A stretch of 53,385 nt of DNA from an uncultured archaeon (GTDB lineage: Archaea > Asgardarchaeota > Hermodarchaeia > Hermodarchaeales > Hermodarchaeaceae). The stretch's first letter is position 1, and the number at the start of each line of letters is the position of its first letter. This document shows, piece after piece, positions 26,605 to 35,673 of this stretch. Under the pieces are notes generated by a model. It was not told where the DNA came from. It did no database searches and was given only the letters and a program-made list of their open reading frames with translations. The translations under genes and the position numbers were made by a program. Where the stretch lies: NCBI GenBank assembly GCA_964347045.1, contig CAYFXC010000008.1, positions 20,373-73,757 of the forward strand. The letters run 5' to 3'.

Positions 26605-29499
26605 ATGATTGATCCTAAAGAAATTGAACCAAAGTGGCAAATGCGATGGCGTGAAGCTCAAGCGTTTGATGCTGATCCTAACCCGCAACGTCCAAAATTC
26701 TATCTAACTGTTCCCTATCCATATGCGAATGCACCAATGCATGTAGGACATGGTCGAACCTACACCATAGGCGATGTAATTGCAAGATACAAACGAATGA
26801 GCGGGTTCAATGTTTTATGGCCAATGGCCGCTCACGTAACTGGGACACCGGTTGCGGGCGTAGCAAAACGAATCCGTGACAAAGACACAGAAATTCTGAA
26901 AGAATATCGTTCGAGCATCGGATATTACCGAGCAAAGAAAGATATTAACTCAGTTTTAACAACCTTTACTGACCCGAAAGCGATTGCTCAGTTTTTTGTC
27001 AGTGTTTTTGAAGGCGACTTCCGTAAATTAGGTTATTCAATTGATTGGAGACGAAAATTCACAACCAATGACCCTGAATATCATACCTTTGTAACTTGGC
27101 AATTCATCAATCTGCAACAACGAGGGTATATTACTAAGGGTAGATATCCGGTTCTTTATTGCGTGTCGTGTGGAAACGCCGTAGGTGAAGATGACCTACT
27201 GCTAGGCGAACACGCTAAGGTTGCAGAATTTATTGCAATCAAATTTCCATTCGAAGACGGTTTCTTAATTGCAGCTACACTTCGTCCTGAAACAGTATTT
27301 GGTGTAACTAACCTCTGGATAAATCCCGAAACAACATATTCGAAAATACAAGTAGGAGAAGAAATTTGGTATGTGGCAAAACCTGCCGTCCGAAAATTAG
27401 TGAACCAAGGACATCGATCAAAACGGTTAGAAGAATTTTTTGGCACTGATTTTATTGGAAAAATGTGTAAATCACCAGTTGAAGATCGAGATCTTCTAAT
27501 CTTACCGGCTGAATTTGTCGATGAAGAAAATGCAACAGGTATAGTCTACAGCGTTCCTTCTCATGCGCCATTCGATTGGACTGCACTGCATGATATCCAG
27601 AAGACAAAAACAGCTATTCAGGGTTTCAAACTTGACTTTGACTCCGTTCAAGCTATCGAACCTATTTCGATCATCACAATTGAAGGATATGGTGAACACC
27701 CCGCGATTGAAATCGTCGAGAAAATGAAAATAAAAAATCAAAAATCCACAGCCAAACTTGATGAAGCAACAGAGATCCTATACAAAGCAGAATTCTACCA
27801 AGGTATTATGAAAGAAAATACCGGACCCTTTGCTGGACGCAAAGTTAGTGAAATAAAAGATGAGGTGGTTGCCTATCTTGAAGAACAAAATCGAGCTCTC
27901 CGGTTTTATCAACCCGATCTGAAACCTGTCGTTTGCCGTTGTGGAAATGACGTTGTAGTTGCGGTTCTACCAGATCAATGGTTCATCAATTATGGGAATG
28001 TACAATGGAAGGCTCAAGCCACAAAAGCATTAGACAGAATGTTCATTTACCCCGAGATGTACCGTCGGTTATTTGAATCCACTTTTAGCTGGTTGAAAGA
28101 ACGTCCAGCAGCTCGAAAACGTGGTTTAGGCACACGATTACCTTTCGACCGAAAATGGGTTATTGAATCTCTTTCTGACTCAACAATTTACATGATCTTC
28201 TATCTAATTATTCATCATATCCGAGCGAACCAGATTACTGAACAACAACTAGATACATCATTTTTTGATTACGTTTTCTTGGGAAAAGGAGAGAAAGGGA
28301 AAATTTCAGAAAGGACAGGAATTTCAGAAGAAGTTCTATCCATCATGCGAGAAGAAGTTGAATATTGGTATCCAAATGATCAACGACATACCAGTGTCGG
28401 ACACATTCCAAACCACCTTTCCTTTTTCATCTTTCATCATACTGCACTATTTCCTCAAAATTATTGGCCAAAATCGATAACTCTCAACGAATATCTAATT
28501 CGCGAAGGAGAAAAGATGAGTAAAAGCAAGGGGAACTTTATTCCTTTGGCTGATGTCCCTAGGCGTTATGGTGCGGATCTATTCCGCCTCTATATCAGTC
28601 AAATTGGAGACTTGCAATCGCTCGTCGATTGGCAAGACAAAGACGTTTCAAATGTACAACGCCGATTCAAACGCTTGACTCGAATTCTAGAAGAGACTTC
28701 AAAAATCCCTGAAACGCCGTTAAACGAATCTAAGCTTAGTTTAATGAGCCGATGGATTCTTTCAAAAATAAACACAACTATCCGAGATGCAACTGAAGCA
28801 TTAGAACGCCTGCGGTTTCGAAATTATTCCCTTCTGACATTCTTTCATCTCCTAAGCGATGTAGAATTTTATCTGCGTCGAATGAAAAAAGCAAGCCCAG
28901 AACGTGACGCGGTGATGCGCTATATTGTCACTCGTTGGGTAAAAATTCTAGCTCCACTCATACCACATTTATGCGAAGAAATCTGGGAGCGACTTGGAAG
29001 CATTTCTTTTGTCTCCCTCGAAACCTGGCCTACAATAGATGAACGATTCATCGATGAAAAGATTGAGAAAGCAATGGATGTTGTCTTACACACAATTACA
29101 GATATCAAAGAAATCAAAAAATTACTCAAGGGCAAATCTGTGAGCACAGTCCATATTTTCATTAGTCCCTCCTGGAAGTATGATGCCATGAAAAAGGTCA
29201 CAAAGGCTAACGCGGCTCCAACTATGCAAGAGTTGATGCCCATTCTGATGAAAGATCCAAAAATGAAGAAACGGGGGAACGAAGTTAATGACCTTGTCCA
29301 AGCTATTGTGAAGGCAGGGGGGTTTTGGACCTTCGTCGATAAGACAACTGAGAAAAAAGCCATTACCGAGAATAGTGACTTCATTCAATCAGAAACGGGT
29401 TTTGAAGTGAATATTCAAGATGGCGACAAACCCATAAAAGACCCCAAAAACCGGGCACCCAAGGCCTTACCAGGGCGACCAGCTCTCTTTTTAGAATAA
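26605..29499 (+). CDS. leuS: Leucyl-tRNA synthetase, archaeal type
   Basis: PYPYANAPMHVGH, ATLRPET, SVPSHAPFD, ESLSDSTIY and KMSKSKGN motifs. Confidence 0.97.
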   Translation: MIDPKEIEPKWQMRWREAQAFDADPNPQRPKFYLTVPYPYANAPMHVGHGRTYTIGDVIARYKRMSGFNVLWPMAAHVTGTPVAGVAKRIRDKDTEILKEYRSSIGYYRAKKDINSVLTTFTDPKAIAQFFVSVFEGDFRKLGYSIDWRRKFTTNDPEYHTFVTWQFINLQQRGYITKGRYPVLYCVSCGNAVGEDDLLLGEHAKVAEFIAIKFPFEDGFLIAATLRPETVFGVTNLWINPETTYSKIQVGEEIWYVAKPAVRKLVNQGHRSKRLEEFFGTDFIGKMCKSPVEDRDLLILPAEFVDEENATGIVYSVPSHAPFDWTALHDIQKTKTAIQGFKLDFDSVQAIEPISIITIEGYGEHPAIEIVEKMKIKNQKSTAKLDEATEILYKAEFYQGIMKENTGPFAGRKVSEIKDEVVAYLEEQNRALRFYQPDLKPVVCRCGNDVVVAVLPDQWFINYGNVQWKAQATKALDRMFIYPEMYRRLFESTFSWLKERPAARKRGLGTRLPFDRKWVIESLSDSTIYMIFYLIIHHIRANQITEQQLDTSFFDYVFLGKGEKGKISERTGISEEVLSIMREEVEYWYPNDQRHTSVGHIPNHLSFFIFHHTALFPQNYWPKSITLNEYLIREGEKMSKSKGNFIPLADVPRRYGADLFRLYISQIGDLQSLVDWQDKDVSNVQRRFKRLTRILEETSKIPETPLNESKLSLMSRWILSKINTTIRDATEALERLRFRNYSLLTFFHLLSDVEFYLRRMKKASPERDAVMRYIVTRWVKILAPLIPHLCEEIWERLGSISFVSLETWPTIDERFIDEKIEKAMDVVLHTITDIKEIKKLLKGKSVSTVHIFISPSWKYDAMKKVTKANAAPTMQELMPILMKDPKMKKRGNEVNDLVQAIVKAGGFWTFVDKTTEKKAITENSDFIQSETGFEVNIQDGDKPIKDPKNRAPKALPGRPALFLE

Positions 29500-29503
29500 C
29501 TTA

Positions 29504-29710
29504 CTATGCAACACGCCGTCCAAATGGTTGTGAATGCTCTGCACTTTCACCTACTGGAAATTCATGTTGACAGCGCGGGCACTTCGCATAACCACAATTA
29601 CCTATCGTTGCCGATGGGCAATTCCCACAGGCCATGATTCGCCCATAACTAGTATCGAACTGGAAGCCACATTGAGGGCATGCAACAATAACCAATTTTA
29701 ACCACATCAA
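29504..29710 (-). CDS. Small Cys-rich zinc-binding protein
   Basis: CPQC, CGNCP, C...KCPRC; lies downstream of the metal-binding protein gene. Confidence 0.65.
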   Translation of the reverse strand: MMWLKLVIVACPQCGFQFDTSYGRIMACGNCPSATIGNCGYAKCPRCQHEFPVGESAEHSQPFGRRVA

Positions 29711-29748
29711 GGTTCCTTCTATTGCCGTGTAAAAAGACTTTCGAACGA

Positions 29749-30834
29749 CTAATCTTGCGCACGAGTATAACGAATAAGAAGTATTAATTCAATCACGGCG
29801 AGGGTACCAAAGACTGCAGCAACTATTATGACCGGCATACTAATCGTGAGAAAATCGACAGCAGGAGGAATTCCTCCACTAACACCTGTCACAATAACAC
29901 CAGTATTGTAAGCCATGATTCCAACATAGTCTTCGAGTTCAGAAAAAACAATACGAACCCATACCAATGGAACACCAGAATCTGCTGAGAGCTGTTGGGC
30001 GAATTCTCCCGCAGCTTGTAGTTGAGCGACGTCCGAAGCCAATATGAGGTTTATTGATCCATTTTGTAGCGCTTGTTCAACTGCAATTAATTCGGGTCCT
30101 GAAATGAAGACGTTTTCATCCTCCATGAGTAATCCTTGTACTTGAAGACTCAAGGCTTCAGCAATATAGGCTTCAGCGGGGAATGTAATAATTACTTTCA
30201 CATTGAATAGCTGATGAAGTAACTGCAGTTGCATAATAAAGGTCTCGAGCTCAGAAACTTTGGAGACAAACTCTGTAAAGCGATTCTGCCAATATTGTGA
30301 AAAGGTCGAATTAAGGGAGCTACAGAGATCCCGCGTGGCATTGGCAATAGCAATCGCGTTTTGGGGTAAGAGCCAATATCCATGAAGATTTTCGTCGTGC
30401 GCAGGTTGTTGATTCCAATCCATTGAATGTGCAGCAGAACTGGGATGCCCATTCAGAAGAAGTAACCTCGCTCCAAAGGCTAGATAATCATCTAATGTGA
30501 TATACGGTTTCCCGACTTGAAGAGCAAGTTCCTCTTCCCAGTCGAAATGCCCAGTTAAGACCAACATGTCAGCGGCGCTAGCCATATCGATGATCTGTTG
30601 CGTGAGTGCAAGGGCGTGAGGTTCAATCCCTTCAGGAAGAAGGATCGAAACCTCCACTTGTACTCCACCTACTTCGCGGACGATACCCGCCAATGGTTGT
30701 AGAGAAACAGCAATCTGCAGAGCGGGAGTTGTTTGGGCAGAAGTACTTTGGAATATTCCGAATGCACCCAGACTAATAATCATAATTCCGAGAATGGCTA
30801 GGATTTGGTTTCGTTGCATTGTAACCACATTCAA
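29749..30834 (-). CDS. Zn/Mn ABC transporter substrate-binding protein (ZnuA/TroA family)
   Basis: Signal peptide, LLPEGIEPH, HGYWLLPQN and a C-terminal TM anchor. Confidence 0.88.
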   Translation of the reverse strand: MNVVTMQRNQILAILGIMIISLGAFGIFQSTSAQTTPALQIAVSLQPLAGIVREVGGVQVEVSILLPEGIEPHALALTQQIIDMASAADMLVLTGHFDWEEELALQVGKPYITLDDYLAFGARLLLLNGHPSSAAHSMDWNQQPAHDENLHGYWLLPQNAIAIANATRDLCSSLNSTFSQYWQNRFTEFVSKVSELETFIMQLQLLHQLFNVKVIITFPAEAYIAEALSLQVQGLLMEDENVFISGPELIAVEQALQNGSINLILASDVAQLQAAGEFAQQLSADSGVPLVWVRIVFSELEDYVGIMAYNTGVIVTGVSGGIPPAVDFLTISMPVIIVAAVFGTLAVIELILLIRYTRAQD

Positions 30835-30850
30835 TTCGTGTCATGGAAGG

Positions 30851-30900
30851 ATTATTAACTTCATAGGCAATTCTTAATAATGCCGAATATTAATAATCTT
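30851..30900. promoter_or_regulatory. Candidate operator for the NikR-like regulator
   Basis: ATTATTAA-N15-TTAATAAT inverted repeat (30851-30881) plus a second TTAATAAT at 30890, between the divergent genes. Confidence 0.5.
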
Positions 30901-30940
30901 TCTGGTATTTTTATTAACAAACCCAATTCGTGGTGACACA

Positions 30941-31333
30941 ATGCCAATTATCAGCATCTCATTAAATGATCAGGACCTGCAAAAACTCGACCGCCTTCAG
31001 TCATCAGTGGGCTATTCCAATCGTTCAGAACTTCTTCGGCAAGCCATTCGAACACTGGAAAACGAGCTCCAAAACCTCAAGACCCTAACCGGCAAAGTTT
31101 CTGCTGTGCTGACTATTGTCTATGGAAAGAAAGGCAAAGGGATTGAAAGCAACTTCTTGCTACACCGTCAGGCTACTCTTATCGACGCCTTACTTCATTC
31201 CCATACTGTAAATGGCGAATGCATCGAGGTAATCGTGGTAAATGGCCCAGCTAAAGAAATACGAGATTTAGTGAAAATGTTGAAGGGAAATCGAAAAATT
31301 GTGATGGTGAAAGTAGCAATTATTGGAGAGTAG
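30941..31333 (+). CDS. NikR/CopG-family ribbon-helix-helix metalloregulator
   Basis: IISISL...LD......GYSNRSELLRQAIR and LHSH...CIEVIVVNG motifs. Confidence 0.9.
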   Translation: MPIISISLNDQDLQKLDRLQSSVGYSNRSELLRQAIRTLENELQNLKTLTGKVSAVLTIVYGKKGKGIESNFLLHRQATLIDALLHSHTVNGECIEVIVVNGPAKEIRDLVKMLKGNRKIVMVKVAIIGE

Positions 31334-31340
31334 ACAACCT

Positions 31341-32147
31341 ATGACAACAACTCGCTTAATCGAAGCAGAAAATCTTACAGTAAAATACCCAAACGGTGAT
31401 GTAGCTTTGGTTGATGTAACCTTTTCCATTGATTCTTCAACATTCATGGCAATAATCGGACCAAATGGATCAGGAAAAACGACACTTCTCAAAACAATGT
31501 TAGGCCTTCTCACACCTACTGAAGGAGTTATTCGTGTTTTAGGATTTAATGCGAAGCGGGAATACAAAGCAATTCGTCGGATGGTTCGATATGTTCCTCA
31601 AAGGGACCAAATAGAAGCGACGGTACCCATGAAGGTAAAGGACATCGTACTAATGGGACGATTATTAAAAAAGCCGCCGCTACGTGTGGCTTCCAGGAAA
31701 GATGTAGAATTGGCAAAAGACGCCTTGCGTCGAGTAAATTTGGAGCATCTTTGGAAACAGCCGTTTCCGGAATTATCAGGTGGGCAACGTCAACGTGTGC
31801 TAGTCGCCCGGGCTTTAGCCTCTGAAGGACAGATTATGATGCTCGATGAGCCCCTGTCAGGCGCCGATCATGATAGCCAAGTTCAAATCGTTGAAGCCTT
31901 GCAGGAATACTATGCTGAAAATCAAGTTAACATTATTATGGTGACCCATGACTTAAACCCCATTCACACGTTGGTTAAAGACGTCTTAATGCTGAATCGT
32001 ACAGTTATTGGAATTGGGCATCCCTGTGCGGTGATGGACCTTGATCTCTTAAAGCAGGTCTATGGACCCTCAGCAAAAATCGTCGAGTTAGCAGGGCACA
32101 AATATTGTATTACACACGACTCGGGATTCGACCGCCATGATCACTGA
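31341..32147 (+). CDS. Metal ABC transporter ATPase (ZnuC-like)
   Basis: GPNGSGKT, YVPQ, LSGGQRQR, LDEP and VTHD motifs; ATG at 31341 likely. Confidence 0.93.
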   Translation: MTTTRLIEAENLTVKYPNGDVALVDVTFSIDSSTFMAIIGPNGSGKTTLLKTMLGLLTPTEGVIRVLGFNAKREYKAIRRMVRYVPQRDQIEATVPMKVKDIVLMGRLLKKPPLRVASRKDVELAKDALRRVNLEHLWKQPFPELSGGQRQRVLVARALASEGQIMMLDEPLSGADHDSQVQIVEALQEYYAENQVNIIMVTHDLNPIHTLVKDVLMLNRTVIGIGHPCAVMDLDLLKQVYGPSAKIVELAGHKYCITHDSGFDRHDH

Positions 32148-32988
32148 TGTAATCAACCTCATCTTAACATCACCGATTTTGCAGCGTGCAATACTCGCTT
32201 CGGTACTTGTTGCAATTATTGCAGCAACTACCGGAACCTTCATGGTTTTTCGAGGACTATCGTTTCTTTCTGCAGGTGTAGCACATGCCGCATTGGGTGG
32301 TGTTGCTCTGGCATTATTCCTTCAAGCTACAGGAATCGCACCATGGTTTGATCCAATATTAGGAGCAGTAATCTTTGCAGTCTTCGTGGCGGTTATGACT
32401 GCTTATGCAGGTGAACGAGGAATCGCTCAAAAGATGGAAGTTGCTGTGGGTGTATCTTTTGCTCTTTCGATGAGTATTGCTGTATTTTTGATGTATTATT
32501 TACCTCCAACGATGACCCCCATTATTTGGGGGTATTTAGTTGGTGATATTCTTCTCCTTGACAACCTAGACGTTGTTCTTTTACTTGGCGTCGCATTATC
32601 CCTAATGATTCTTTTCATTCTCTTTAAGAAGGAATTCGTATATGTTAGCATAGATATGGAAGGATCCACAGCTCATGGTATGAATGCCCGCGGTTATAAC
32701 TACCTCATGCTCATTTTTGCAGCCGTTGCAATAGCTTTGACAATTAAAGCCGTTGGAGCAATCCTCGTTTATGCAATTCTCATTGCTCCCGCAGCAGCCT
32801 CAAATGAGTGGATGAAAACCGTCAATAACGTTATCATCGGCACAGTAGCCATCGCTCTCACCGCAATGCTTCTGGGGCTTGCTGGTTCATTTGTTATCTA
32901 TGCCTCACCAAGTGCCATTGCAGGAATAATCGCAGCACTCGCTTACATTATCGCAATCCAAGTAAAACGCTTTAAACGTGAAAAATAA
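32137..32988 (+). CDS. Metal ABC transporter permease (ZnuB-like)
   Basis: GVAHAALGG, YLVGDIL and VGAILVYAILIAPAA motifs. Confidence 0.93.
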   Translation: MITDVINLILTSPILQRAILASVLVAIIAATTGTFMVFRGLSFLSAGVAHAALGGVALALFLQATGIAPWFDPILGAVIFAVFVAVMTAYAGERGIAQKMEVAVGVSFALSMSIAVFLMYYLPPTMTPIIWGYLVGDILLLDNLDVVLLLGVALSLMILFILFKKEFVYVSIDMEGSTAHGMNARGYNYLMLIFAAVAIALTIKAVGAILVYAILIAPAAASNEWMKTVNNVIIGTVAIALTAMLLGLAGSFVIYASPSAIAGIIAALAYIIAIQVKRFKREK

Positions 32989-33089
32989 ATCGCGGATCCA
33001 AGCTGTCGAAACACTGTTTCACGTATAAATTCGGTTTTACCACGTTTTATTAGCCAGACTGTTGGTTCATTCTTTGGAGAGATGAGTCC

Positions 33090-33860
33090 ATGTCATCGAA
33101 TTCCGATTACGCACAAGGGTTAATTCTCATTAACGGTCGCGCCTACCAAGCCAAAGAAGTACTACAGGCGCTTGAACGCCAAGCCATGACATCTCTACGA
33201 GCTGTGGGCGACGAATTATGGATTGGTAAGGAGCGAGTACACGCACTTGCAAAACCGTCTCCCGAACAGGTGATGAAGCTAACCTGTTATGGTAGCCTTG
33301 CCTTTTGTTGTGATTTAAACCGTGAGTGTAATCTCCGAGATCAAGCAATTGATTTACTGGGCATTTCGAAAGAAGAATACCGAGCAATACAGAGAGAATG
33401 CCACAAACAATTTTTACGACAAGGTGAACGTTGGTGGCCAAAGGAGCAGTATGGTTCTTTTAGTTCAGAATATTCTCGCGCGCAATCGATATCCGAAGAG
33501 CAAAAACAGCACGAACCATTTGAATCTTGGCGAGAAGGTTCCTCCTCGGGAAGATATGGCACAAACCGCGATTCATCACCATCATCTAGCGCCAGTTCTG
33601 GAAACTCTGTGGATTTGGGTGGACTTTTTTCGACCCCGGAAGAATATAGTTCCCGTTCATTAACCGATCCAGATCCCTACGCAGGATTATCCTTTCGTCG
33701 AATCAGCGAGTCTGAGAGCCTCTCGTCTGAGGGATGGTATTCTTCTGGAGATAGTGGCACCTCCCCGCATTCGACCACGCCAGGATTTTGTATATATTGC
33801 GGACAGGATTTAAGAGAAGACAGTGAATTCTGCAACCGTTGTGGACGCAGCCAAAAGTAG
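33090..33860 (+). CDS. Cys-cluster protein with Ser-rich linker and C-terminal zinc ribbon
   Basis: TCYGSLAFCC...C.LRD...LGISKEEY resembles one repeat of methanogenesis marker domain 9; ends FCIYCG...FCNRCG. Confidence 0.65.
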   Translation: MSSNSDYAQGLILINGRAYQAKEVLQALERQAMTSLRAVGDELWIGKERVHALAKPSPEQVMKLTCYGSLAFCCDLNRECNLRDQAIDLLGISKEEYRAIQRECHKQFLRQGERWWPKEQYGSFSSEYSRAQSISEEQKQHEPFESWREGSSSGRYGTNRDSSPSSSASSGNSVDLGGLFSTPEEYSSRSLTDPDPYAGLSFRRISESESLSSEGWYSSGDSGTSPHSTTPGFCIYCGQDLREDSEFCNRCGRSQK

Positions 33861-33913
33861 CCTTTTATCACCAAACGAAATTGTTGAACAATAGCTTTTA
33901 CCAATGATAAGCG

Positions 33914-34546
33914 CTAGCCCTTCTTCGCTAGTTTTCGTAATGTTTCGATTTGCTTGGTGAGTTTTTGAAGATCTTGTTTCCATCGTCGAATCTTTTCTAC
34001 ATCGGCTTCCGTCTTATCAGAACTAGCAGCTTCAAAATCAGCTATCCGTCGTTCAAGTTCGAGGGCACGGCTACTTAAGCCTGCAATACGGCCATGAACT
34101 TCTGGTGTTGGTGAAACGATTTCTAGCAAAGTTTTCACAGTAACTCGGATTTCTTCGAGAACAGAAGCTAGTTGGGTCATCGTCTGGCGTATGGAAAGTA
34201 AGCTCTCACTAACTAGTGTGCTGGATTCTTCGGTGGGTCCTTTTCGTCGGATAAGGAAAAGACGTACCTTAGAGAGGATGTCAAAGTACAATTGGACTAA
34301 TTGTTCTTCATCTCGGAACCATGCTGTGAGAGGATTCCATTTCGACACCATTTCATAGAGCAGTTCTAGTTCTTGGCCAAGCTGTTGAGATTCAGAACTC
34401 TCTTCGGCTTGGATGACAGCTTTTAGTTGAGGAATAAGGGATATAATTTCGGCCTTGGCTTTAACTTCTTGAGCTGTGGCAATATCAGAACCCATTAGTT
34501 GTCGATATAGTTCTTCGAGCCGTTGAACACTTTTGATTTCGCTCAC
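33914..34546 (-). CDS. Helical/coiled-coil hypothetical protein
   Basis: 210 aa ORF with heptad-rich C-terminus. Confidence 0.65.
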   Translation of the reverse strand: MSEIKSVQRLEELYRQLMGSDIATAQEVKAKAEIISLIPQLKAVIQAEESSESQQLGQELELLYEMVSKWNPLTAWFRDEEQLVQLYFDILSKVRLFLIRRKGPTEESSTLVSESLLSIRQTMTQLASVLEEIRVTVKTLLEIVSPTPEVHGRIAGLSSRALELERRIADFEAASSDKTEADVEKIRRWKQDLQKLTKQIETLRKLAKKG

Positions 34547-34598
34547 GCTAGTTTCAAATCCTCAACCTAGTGTTATTCTTGTCGATGATTGATACAGT

Positions 34599-35618
34599 TC
34601 AATATCCGAGCCCTAATCGAATCTCGCGAAGAGATTGGTAGCCAGTTGGATATCCGAGCATTGAGTAAATGTCTGAGATTCCCGCGGTGTCTGCTAAGGA
34701 TTTAGCCCGGTGATATTCAGCTTCATCTTCAATAATCCAATGGGTCATTGAAAACTCAACGCCTGTTTTTGTGAGTGAGCTGATGAATGAGAGGTTATCA
34801 ATATAGTCGGCGAAGTCTTTAGAACCTGGGTCGGGTAAGATTGGAGTCCAAGGGAAGGCTTCGATGGATACGTTCTTGCTCATATTTGCAATAGTTTCAA
34901 GATCCAATCCTAGATTCGTTCGCGTTCCGACTACATATCCACTTTCTGGATCGATGGGATAAGTAGGAATGACTTTCAAATCAGGTTTGACTTCTTTAGC
35001 AGCTGTAACTAGTTGTTGGATAACACTGGACATTTTTGCTACGCGCCATTCAATCCATTGGTTATACAGAGCAGGATTTGAAGCGGAATCAGCGATTTGA
35101 AATGTATGACGAAGTTCAGCATATTCAGTGAATTCATTTCGGCAATCGTTACAGTAGCAGTAACTAGTGTGTGGATAACCAAGATGTGCAAAAAAGAGGG
35201 TTTGAATAGGGTTTTCTGCGACTTCCTTGATTACCGTAATCATATGTTGAAGGAAAGCGGGTTTATTTGGACAGACAAAGCCATCTAATGTTTTGCCCTC
35301 GGCCGTGAAGGTTTTGAATTCATGGTCGGTAGCAAAGAATGCATCGGCAAACATATTCAGATAGGCGCCTGCGCGGATTCCCACGGCTTCTGTTGTATCG
35401 ATGAATTCATCAAAGAAGGTGGGATTTTCATCATCGGCTGGTGCCACTTTGCTGGAATAAAATACCCGTCCTGACAAACCCTTAGCAATAGCTACAGCGT
35501 ATTCAAGATATCCACCGTAACTTGCAAAGAAATCGTCAAGGCTGGTTTTTAGCCCATGAGGATCCACAATGAGTGAAACCCCTCGAGTTAGAAGGTCCCG
35601 TATCTCCACAGTTTCCAC
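34599..35618 (-). CDS. Glycoside-hydrolase-like TIM-barrel protein (GHL10/GH42-like)
   Basis: FVCPNKP, YCYCNDCRNEF and W.EWR...M patterns typical of GH-like families. Confidence 0.6.
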   Translation of the reverse strand: METVEIRDLLTRGVSLIVDPHGLKTSLDDFFASYGGYLEYAVAIAKGLSGRVFYSSKVAPADDENPTFFDEFIDTTEAVGIRAGAYLNMFADAFFATDHEFKTFTAEGKTLDGFVCPNKPAFLQHMITVIKEVAENPIQTLFFAHLGYPHTSYCYCNDCRNEFTEYAELRHTFQIADSASNPALYNQWIEWRVAKMSSVIQQLVTAAKEVKPDLKVIPTYPIDPESGYVVGTRTNLGLDLETIANMSKNVSIEAFPWTPILPDPGSKDFADYIDNLSFISSLTKTGVEFSMTHWIIEDEAEYHRAKSLADTAGISDIYSMLGYPTGYQSLREIRLGLGY

Positions 35619-35673
35619 CTACAAGAATAACTATAACAACTGTGGCAAAAAGCCTGAATAAACTTGTCGCCAA

